This document shows, one piece after another, positions 53,808 through 64,000 of a stretch of DNA of 64,000 nucleotides. How positions within the stretch are numbered: the stretch's first letter is position 1; the number at the start of each line of letters is the position of its first letter. Under the pieces are notes generated by a model. That model had not been told where the DNA came from. It saw only the letters and a list, made by a program, of their open reading frames with translations, and made no database searches. Source of the stretch: Octopus vulgaris (lineage: Eukaryota); NCBI GenBank assembly GCA_951406725.2, contig OX597821.1, forward strand, positions 30,938,001 through 31,002,000. Direction: 5' to 3'. A program made the position numbers and the translations under genes.

Positions 53808-53850
53808 CCACTACAATTGTTTCTTGTCTTGATCGACAATCTTCAGGTGG
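53808..53850 (-). ncRNA. Intact minimal type-I hammerhead ribozyme
   Basis: ccac CTGAAGA ttgtc-gatcaa-gacaa GAAA caatt GTA gtgg: perfect stems I and II, palindromic stem III (ACAATTGT), GUA triplet. Confidence 0.9.
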
Positions 53851-54264
53851 ACTTCCAATCTAAAATATCAATATTTTAAAATATAAAAATAATAATTTTA
53901 AAATAATTAAAGTATTAATGAAAACATATAAATATATAATCTATATATAACCTATATATAATCCATATATAATCAATATATAAACAATATATAAACTAAA
54001 ATAAACCTATCAACAATTAAATATAAAATATAAAATATAAAATATAAAATATAAAACAAAACAAAAAAATAAACTATATATACACCCATACACATATAAC
54101 TAATTATATATAACCATATCTAAATACATACACTAAATCACACACCTATATATATCCCTATACATACACATAAACACGTCTAGGCAACAATAAATAAATA
54201 AAATAGCTAAATACTTCAACACAATACTTATTCATACTCCCGCACACACACATACAACCCACAT

Positions 54265-56440
54265 TCCCGCTCTAGAAACGGACATCACTTAAAATTATGA
54301 ACGGAGAAATGGAATAAATGGAATTAAAAATTATATTCACTTGGTAAAACGAACACTACTTAAAAATTATGAATGAAATAATGCAATAAAACAACAGATA
54401 TCGCAAATAGACACAAATTACTACGAATTCCTTAACAAAACTACCTTGATAAACCCAAACTCATAAAAACATATAATGATAAAATCCCCCTTTACTAAAC
54501 TCTATAACATACCTATATAGCAATCCCCCTAACCTAAACATTCACACACAAATACACACACGTAAACCACACACCCACGACATATACAAATACCCACCCC
54601 ACTTACACATACCTATACATACATATAAACCTCAACATATACTCCAAAAACCCACTCAACCCCACACAGACAAATAAACACATACATCCCCAAACCTAAA
54701 TAGCAAACCCATAAACACATTGACACACAAATATACATACGTAAAACACACACCATATACATATACATACTCACCAAACTCGATATATACAACAATATTA
54801 ACACACCCACATTCATACAGATAAACAAACTACACAACCAAAATACGCACACACACACACAATCCCACATACATAAACACTCCAAAGAAAAACAACATTA
54901 TTACACATAATACGATATATAACATACATCGTAAGTAACCAGAATATCAAAAATAACAATATGACATAAGGAGAAATAATATACATACTTTCAAGTCAGT
55001 TTCAAATTATGAAGTGAAATTAAATTCTAATCCGTTAAAAACATCAAACCAAATTACGTTACCATAGGAACATAACTTATGTATAAAAAGAATACGCGCT
55101 ATGGAAGCAAACCTCACTTAAAATTATGAATGGAGAAATAGAATAAATGGAATTAAAAATTATATACACGCGGTAAACCAACATTATTTAAAAAAATTAT
55201 GAATGGATTCTTTTATAAAACTACCATGATAAACTAAAACTCACAAAAACATAAATGATAAAACCTCCCTTTACTAAACACTATAACATACTTATATAGC
55301 AATCCCTTTAACCTATACATTCACACACAAATACACACACGTAAACCACACACCCATAACAAATACAAACACCCACCTCACTCACACACACCCACAAGTA
55401 CATATAAGCCTCAACATATACACCAAACAAAATTAAGTTACCAAGGAACTTAACATATGTATAAAAAGTATTCCCGCTCTGGAAACGAACATCTTTTAAA
55501 ATTATGAATGGAGAAATGGAATAAATGGAATTAAAAATAATATTCACGTGGCAAAACGAACACCACTCAAAAATTATGAATGAAACAACGTAATAAACCA
55601 ACAAACATTGTAAATAGACAAATTACCACGAATTCCCTAAAAAAACCATGATAAACCAAAACTCATAAAAACATATAACGATAAAATCTCCCTTTGCTAA
55701 ACTCTATAACAAACCTATAGAGCAATCCCCCTAACCTAAACATTCACACACAAATACACACACGTAAACCACAGACCCACGACTTATACAAATACCCACC
55801 TCACTCACACATACCTATACTAACTTATAAACCTCAATATACACCAAAAACCCACTCCCTCCCCACACAGACAAATTAACACATACATCCCCAAACCTAT
55901 ATAACAAACCCATATACACATTCACACAAACACACACACACGCAAAACACACACACACAACAGATACATATACTCCCTCACATATACGCATATACATACT
56001 CACTAAACTCGATATATACAACAATATTTACACACCCACACTCATACAAATAAATAAATTATACAACTAAAAAACGCACACACTCACACACAATCTCACA
56101 TACATAAACACTCCAATGAAAAACAACATTAAATACATCGTAATTAACCAGAATATCAAAAATAACAATATGACATAAGGAGAAATAAAATACATACTTA
56201 CAAGTCAGTTTCAAATTATGAAGTGAAATTAAATTTTAAGCCGTTAAAAAAATCAAACCAAAATTACGTTACCATAGAAACATAACTTATGTATAAAAAG
56301 AATACGCGTCATGGAAAGTAAACGTCATTTAAAATTATGAATGGAGAAATAGAATAAATGGAACTAAAAACTATATCCACGTGGCAAACCAACACTACTT
56401 AAAAAAATTATTATGAATGGATTCTTTAATAAAACTACCA
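54265..56440. repeat. Higher-order tandem repeat (~1.2 kb period with internal sub-duplication), strongly A/C skewed
   Basis: tcccgctct(a/g)gaaacg at about 54265 and 55472; aaaattatgaa(c/t)ggagaaat at about 54291, 55120, 55498 and 56331; ctttactaaac..caatccc-type block at about 54490, 55269 and 55692. Confidence 0.9.
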
Positions 56441-57193
56441 TGAAAATTATTATATACATTTATGAGCTTTAGCTCATCTTGGCAGCTCTAACAAACAATT
56501 TGCAGTAACCCACGTCTATTCTCGATGCCTGCCATTCCACTACACTATTCCATTCCCAAATTCTAAGCAACGCTAGCCCACCACCCGGTTACAATTCCCA
56601 ACCCCACCCATTCATTCACAATTTCAACGACGTTCGCCTCCACAGCGCTACGTATGAGCCTCAATATATACACCGGTGATTCGCTTCCACATCCATGCGG
56701 ATGGGTGAGAGTATGCATTGAGTGTAGTGATGGGGCTCCCTTTGCTATGCACATTTGTACCTGTGTGGTAGTCTCCATGTGTATATTCACGCACGGGTAT
56801 AAATGCGGGGGGTATACGCGCACGGCATGTGCGTGTACCCCCTCACATGTACATGTGTATGCTAGTTGGGCTCGATATGTGCAACGGTGTATTCGCGCCC
56901 GCATACATGCAGATGGGCGAATTACACAATCAAAATACGCACACGTGTGTGTGTGCGTTCTTTGGTTGTGCAGTTCACCCATCTGGGTGTGAGTGGGTGC
57001 GAGCGTATTGCTGTGGATGCCGAGCCTGATACGTATGTATATGAGTGTGTATTGGGGGGTTGTACGTATGTGTTGTGTGCATGTGCTTCGCGCATGTGCG
57101 TCCGTGTATGGATGAATAATATTTTACTATAAAATTGGATTTAATCCTAAATCTGATTTTTTCCCTGTAAATTTGGATTTATTCCCTAATATT

Positions 57194-57269
<76 letters not shown>

Positions 57270-57796
57270 GTATACATATACCACCCATTCCTCACCGACA
57301 CAAAAAAAGAAAAAGAGCAGTCATACACAAAGGGCATTCCCACATTTTATCCTTGAATTTTATTGAAAGGTGTATAAATGGAAGTGATGGATACGTTAGT
57401 GCAATGGAGGGATGTAAAAGTGATAAATATGAAGAGAAGGAGAAAAAGAAAAAATGGTTTTAGGCGCATTGGTGCCGGAATGCAGAATAAGAATAATTAG
57501 AGACTGTAAAGAGAGTGTGTAATACAGTCACATGGTATGCGACATAAGGGACGTTCTAAACAGAATAGAATATGAAAAATTAGTGGGTCAATATTATGGG
57601 ATTAATTTTAATTGGATTACTAAGAACGTAAGTGATGATGCTGAGGTGGAGTAAGTGGCACGTTCATCATATATCATTCGCAGTTATCGTTCATATTTTC
57701 ATAATTTCTATTTTAATTGTTATATGTCCCCACATAACTTGTATTGTCCCCTCGGTGTTTGACCCTTGTGGCTGGAAATAAAATTCAAAATCTCCT

Positions 57797-57835
<39 letters not shown>

Positions 57836-57836
57836 T

Positions 57837-58193
57837 ATTATATCAGTTTTGAAATGTCGAGCAATCTTCAACCACATACAGATTTTTTTAATTAAACGGA
57901 CAAAGCACGTTCTTATACTTATTTCTGAAATAAGTATCAGAATGTACATTGTCCGTTTAATTAAAAACATCTATATGTGGCTGAAGATTGCTCGAAATTT
58001 TAAAACTCATGTAATAATTACAGTATTTAATAAAATGAAGTAGCATGAAACAATTGTACTACACTACCTTGGATATCCTTGTTGTTTATTTTGATTATAA
58101 TCACCCCATTTGATTTATATGGATAATACCATAAAAAAATTCTGGTGCTTTTAATTTAAATACCATATTCATCTGAATCTAAATTTTGCTGAA

Positions 58194-58196
<3 letters not shown>
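57837..58196 (+). mobile_element. (TA)n-embedded PLE-type element with 5' inverted duplication
   Basis: Palindrome 57837-58015 centred at 57926; the right arm continues into an HHR. Confidence 0.75.
57976..58063 (+). ncRNA. Type-I hammerhead ribozyme motif
   Basis: tgtgg CTGAAGA ttgct-(~50 nt)-agcat GAAA caatt GTA ctaca. Confidence 0.78.
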
Positions 58197-58231
<35 letters not shown>

Positions 58232-58744
58232 GAGAGAAAGATATACTGATATATACACTAGCACACGCACGTCTATCGTATATAATATCTATATTTATAT
58301 GTATGTCTCTATATATCTAAGTCTTTATGTATTAGTGTATGGGATATCTCTACAGTTAGGCAACCTCAAAATGGTGACAATTTGAATCCTCAACGTCATA
58401 TGTAACCAATGGAGTATCGCAATCTTTATACGTGTAGATATTATGCTGGACGTTATAGAACACGATAACGTATACGCCAAGTAAGTGATGAGAAATGGTT
58501 ACTAATAATGGCTAATGCGTCTTTATCAAAAATCAGTGACATGATACTAAAACTGCAAGAAAAGGAACTATTACAAGATATTTTATAACATAAAATGCAG
58601 TACATGACAAAATATATACACATATGTAATACGATGCTCCTTCCGCGCAATCTGCAACTCTTACGTTGGATTTGTAAAAACATCCAGGTATGGAAAAAAT
58701 ACAGTTACGGTAACTGATGGTCCAAAATCACAGAAAGGAGATGT

Positions 58745-59051
58745 GGAGGCACATGGCCTAGTCGATAGAGCAGCGGACTCGCGGTCGAGGGATCACGGGT
58801 TCGAATCTCAGACCGGGCGATGTGTCTGTTTATGAGCGAAACACCTAAGCTACCCGGCTCCGACAGAAGGTAATGGCGAATTTCTGCTGACTCTTTCGCC
58901 ACAACTTTCTCTCACTCTTTCGTCCTGCATCTTGCAGCTCACCTGCGACGGACCGTCGTCCGTCCAGGTGGGGAATCTATACGCCAACGAAACCGGGAAA
59001 CCGGCGCTTATGAGCCAGGTATGGCTTGAGAAGGAACAAAGAACAACAACA
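58745..59051 (+). mobile_element. SINE type D (tRNA-Arg-like head, V-domain-like 3' part)
   Basis: ggaggcacatggcctagt..gagcagcggactcgcggtc..gggttcgaatc head; tail shared with 46268-46519; (aac)n end. Confidence 0.85.
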
Positions 59052-60943
59052 GAAAGGAGATACTTCGTAATTCGGATGGAAACGAAATTTCTATCAATAA
59101 CAAGAGGTCGTGTGATTGTGTGAGATGAAGTGATTCACTAGATAAAATCTGTTAAAGTAACATATTGTGAGGGAGGAAATTATATAGGCGAAGAATAAGC
59201 AATCTATAAAGACATTCGAATTTAGTATCATGGCACTTTCATACGCATATGTGAAATCATTTGCATTACATCATTGTGTATTATGATAGGAGTGAATATG
59301 AACGTACAATAGGCTAGATGTTTATGTGAATTATAACATGAGGAAAATAAATAAAAGCAATTACCAGATTTGAATTATACGGGATTATTACAAGAATCTC
59401 ATTATCAGGTTGAATATACTTTGAGAGTGATAGTATCTGAATTTATTTGATGAAAATCCCAGGTATTTTATGTGGTTCCCACCTGGCAGAAGTATCATAA
59501 GAAACCATTATCAGTTAATGAACAACCTGAAACAACATTAGGAAAGCTCTTCTTGTGTAGAAGTAGCTAATGATATTATACTGTAACGCAATCACATCAA
59601 TGGAGCATAGTAGGTTGTCAAAATGTGTTAACCGTATTACATAAAATAGAAAATAATAAAAGCGACACTCAAATGTTGATTATTCTCTCCCTCGGTGATA
59701 CACAGACAATTATCAGAAAATCTGTTCCCGTGTAGCCCTAGGCTTGGTGAGCACATTATTCGCACATATATGACCACAAATCAATCTTTCCCTATATGTT
59801 CACCCAACCCCTACTATTGCAATTTGCATGTCTACAATTATATTATGCTTTGCGTCTATTGGCTGGCAGTTTTCTATAATATGTGGTTGTTAATACTAAA
59901 GCGATCCTATAGAGGTTATATTGTTGAATAATCAGAATAGTAGAGTAAAGAGGTCTCAAAAATTTGGAAATTCTTGCAAAGCCCCCAAAAGTTTCCCTAA
60001 AGTTTTCTATTGGGGTCTAACAACTAAGTCCAGTGTTTACTCGGGGCTATATTCCAATATTTCAACTCATCAAGGCATTCCTCTCCTAATGTCTCAGTTT
60101 GTGTATTACACACACACACACACGCGCACACACGCACACACACAATGGCTTTAATATCTACAAGCACATAGAACCATACCTATCTATCACTGACACCTTG
60201 GGCAAACAGGGTATAAATTTATACATATGTCTGCAGTATTTATACTTCCATCTTCCATTTTCAAACTTTTCATAAACGGTTTTATTTTCCTGTGCATACG
60301 TGTTTGTATATATAAACATTTATATGTAGAATTTGGCTTTGTATCTGACGTTGAGTACTTTTTTGCATAATTTGCGCACATGTACAAAGAATTTGTAGTA
60401 TTAGGACAGTGCATGTAGATATATTACTCCTTTACGGCTATATTATACTTACTTCTCCTTTCACCACATCGTGTCCTAAAACTTCATATATTTCTACCTA
60501 TTCCAGGATATAATTATATTTATATACAAGTTACAATGTAAATCCTTACGTTGGAATTCTCAAATGTTTCAGTATTCTGCCCTCCTACCTTTCCTTTCAG
60601 TTCAGCAAAATCACTACATGTTGCCAATGCCTTTTCTATATTTTTACTTCACTTTTATGTTCTAACTCCATTCATTCGAATCTTGTTACAATAGTAATAA
60701 CGTCTCTACAGCAATAAGCCTATTACCTTCTCTTTCATCTATACATACGTACATACACAGAAACTCACACAAACATACACACACACACACATATGTATAT
60801 ATGTATGTGTGTATATATGTGTGTGTATATATATATACATGTATTTATATATATATATAGATGTACATGTATATATATTTATACAAGTATATATGTGTAT
60901 ATCACTATACATGTATAGACGACATATATATATATATATATAT

Positions 60944-61680
60944 ACAACTTATAAACACGGGCAAAAGAAAATTATTTCTATACCTATATTCTGATAACAG
61001 ACTTTTAAATCGTCAATTTTCACATATTATATACCCACTATAGTACGTTGTGCTGAAATCGAGGAAACCTTGCCAACAGAATTTTTAAAAGGTATTTTAA
61101 TATACCGCCACTTTTTTTATGAAAGTTTTGAAAGGTATTTTAATAGGCTGCCACTTTTTGATGAAATTTTCTTCTGTAAAAACCTTCACACTATATAAGT
61201 AGTAGATTTATAACTATTCGGTATAGGGACTGGTAACCACTATAAGCTGAGGCTAACCAAAGGATTTTATATTTAGATATATCTATGGTACTTATGTGTA
61301 CTAATGATTTTTGCTTCGGCTATTTTTTCCATGAGCTCATGTAAGTATTTCATTTATTTCTATACGTATTTTCTACTGACGAGGAAAAAATCTATTATAA
61401 GATTAATTCCGAAATTGATTCAATATAGAAATAACGAACTCTTGAAAAAGATTCTGCTTGCTAGCTTTCCTTGATTTCAGCAAAACGTACTTCTGTAGTG
61501 GGTGTATAATATCTGGAAATTGACGATTTAAAAGTCTGTTATCAGCATATTGGCATATAAATAATTTTCTTTTGGCCTTGTTTATAAGTTGTTTATAATT
61601 TTTACTTTAAAGTTAATCTAATATGCTGCCACTTTTTTGAATGAAACTTTTTATTTGTAAAAAAACTTCATCCTGTATTA
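60944..61680. mobile_element. (TA)n-embedded PLE-type element with inverted partial terminal repeat
   Basis: 60944-61067 is an inverted copy of 61466-61592; homologous to 5066-5495. Confidence 0.75.
61367..61433 (+). ncRNA. Type-I hammerhead ribozyme motif
   Basis: tttcta CTGACGA ggaa-aa-aatct-attata-agatt-aa-ttcc GAAA ttg-att-ca ATA tagaaa: all three stems pair. Confidence 0.82.
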
Positions 61681-61692
61681 GTAGTAATAGTA

Positions 61693-61957
<265 letters not shown>

Positions 61958-63259
61958 GTATGAAGTTGGACTACTGTAAACTTGAAATAAAACATAACAA
62001 GGTACAATTCTAAAATCACACCAAAGAAAATAAATTTGAAACATTTATTTCTCTCATATCTTGCTTATATTTATAGCACTTTTGTTACTTTGAGAGACGG
62101 GATATAAATCTAAGTAACATTATTGAAATTCTAAACTGCATTTTCGGCATAATGTATATGGAACGACTTAAACAGTAAGTTTAGACTTGCAATGTCAAAT
62201 TCACTGATCTGCAGAATAATGTCTATTTTAGATAATGCTAAATATATATTGGAGTTAATTGTAAATTTGAGAGTGATCAATGATGATACATACATCACAA
62301 TTCACACAAACAATTGTTTTATCAAACTTCTAGACATTGTAGCTCAGTTTACATATATATTACTTTTACATGTATACGACTGAATTGTTATTAAGAACAA
62401 GGCGACATAATTTTCTTCCAGACAGCAGGAAGATATATGAAAATAGTAGCTTTTTGACGAGAGTGAAATCGCATAAATTCGTCCACGTTAGTAATTCCAT
62501 TATATTTGTCTCACTAAATGCAGATAAAATCACCATTTCAAAACGTTCATAGTGTATAGCACAATCAAATAAATGATAAGTGGTGCTTATCGTACAATCG
62601 AAATTGCTTTATATCATTCTTATTACTATTATTACGTAAATCTAAATTGTAGTTTATAACAGCTGTAAGATTTAAATTTGGCTAATTCGTTATGGTGAAC
62701 TGTTGTGTTTGAGCAATCAGTAAGAATACAGTCAACGATATTATTTTTCGTTAGGTCTTCGTTATCTGGATTGAACAAGACAAAATAATCTCTTTAGAAT
62801 TTGATCTGCACACAAAAATGATTTAAATGCTTTTGACATCAGTTTTGCTTGAAAAGAAAATTCGTGCTGCATATATTTTAGCTAGCGGTATATTAACAGG
62901 ATACGTGATGGATATATTTCAAGAAAAAATAAGACCAAAACCACAGGAACTACCGTACCGACAATCCACTGAAAGACACCAGCCAAACACTGGCTGAATA
63001 ATGAAAACTACATATGAGTATATACTCTTTTTATGCACTATTTTTTGCACCCCAAAAGTTATATCTTCTCTGCATTTTCTCTTTTCCCTCCTCCCTTTGT
63101 AACTCGCTTTCTCTATGTGGGTTTATGCATGTATATTTGTATGTATGTTTAGGTGTGTATATATATATATGTTTGTGTATGTGTCTATACTTAGAAATTT
63201 ATATAGGAATACATGTTTGTTTGGATGTACAACCCACATGTGTATATGTGTGTACATGT

Positions 63260-63500
63260 GTGTTTGTCTGTATGTCTGTCTGTGTTTCCCTAAAACTTCA
63301 AAACTACACAACCAATTTCATTCAAATTTTACACATGCCTTACTTAGGGTCCCTGTAGTTTCATGGGCAAAAAAACTTCTAGCCTAGAGCGAGCCCATAG
63401 GAATATCATATCTTCTCCACTATTTCAGTATTACGTGTTGAAAGTGAAACAAAAACATTTCTCTATTTTACGTCAGATACTTTCACTTTAACAATAAAAA
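63260..63500 (+). mobile_element. Helitron-like non-autonomous fragment
   Basis: (gtct)n then aaaactacacaaccaatttcattcaaattttacaca, a common Helitron 5' core motif; termini not seen. Confidence 0.45.
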
Positions 63501-63529
63501 TAATAATAACAATTGAATTATATGTAGTA

Positions 63530-64000
63530 AGTAATTTCTTTCATTGGCCTCAGTTGTGACTTTTATACTTTTGTCGGTGTTCTGGCATCTTACAAGATGT
63601 TTTCTGAAGGAAGTAGCTCTCGTGTTCAGATGTTCTTTGATGCGGACGTGTAACGGTCTTGTTGTGCTACCCACATATAACTTGTTGCATTTGTTACATT
63701 GTATTCTATACACAACATTTACCCGTTGGCATACATCTGTGTCACGGATGGAACAGCTTGTTACTGTGCATTGATTGTCATCCATTGTTCGTTCCTTAGT
63801 GAGATGTCCTCTCAGAGAGGGGCCGGAGTGGGCTAATTGTATGTCTAGCCCTTCTCTTCTTATGGCTCTCCAGATGGATGTAGTTATTCTCTCGCGAAAA
63901 TGGGGTATTTTAAAGAAGCATGTGTTCCTGGGTTTTCTATGTGTTCGGCGTGTTGGTCGTCTTTACATGAATCTAGGGTACCCGTTGGTTTTTAATATAC
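63530..64000 (-). mobile_element. Penelope-like element ORF C-terminus with GIY-YIG endonuclease (runs off window)
   Basis: ILKTNGYP..FKIPHF..; C..VNVVYRIQCNKCNKLYVGSTTRPLHVRIKEH..SFRKHL. Confidence 0.92.

Larger units (their letters stand above)
53721..57196. mobile_element. ~3.5 kb non-coding (TA)n-embedded element with HHR, internal tandem repeats and terminal hairpin
   Basis: TA tracts at 53666-53716 and 57197-57280; no credible ORF; treating it as one unit is an inference from the flanks. Confidence 0.6.

Noticed and set aside
58745-58820. tRNA-like sequence
   Set aside because: No proper acceptor stem and it continues into a SINE body; SINE head, not a tRNA gene.
60187-60430. Possible GIY-YIG remnant (GVIY..MHCP) on minus strand
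   Set aside because: Needs frameshifts and lacks the YIG/R motifs; too weak.

Overview
AT-rich, microsatellite-dense eukaryotic DNA. The SINE repertoire and (TA)n/(CA)n/(TAA)n load suggest an octopus-like cephalopod genome (inference). No host protein-coding exon, tRNA, rRNA or CRISPR array could be supported, and nearly all listed ORFs are microsatellite read-throughs. The window is mostly decayed mobile elements: four tRNA-derived SINE types (labelled A-D here), CR1/L2-group, RTE-group, Tx1/L1 and R4/Dong LINE fragments, Tc1/mariner and hAT remnants, Helitron-like elements and several Penelope-like (PLE) RT and GIY-YIG fragments. The main unexplained signal is RNA structure. Ten type-I hammerhead ribozyme (HHR) motifs, read by eye, lie mostly in small non-coding elements embedded in (TA)n tracts. 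The largest is a ~3.5 kb non-coding element (53.7-57.2 kb) with an intact minimal HHR at one end, ~1.2 kb higher-order tandem repeats inside, and a ~335 nt G.U-rich hairpin at the other end. All alignments and folds were done by eye, so boundaries are approximate.
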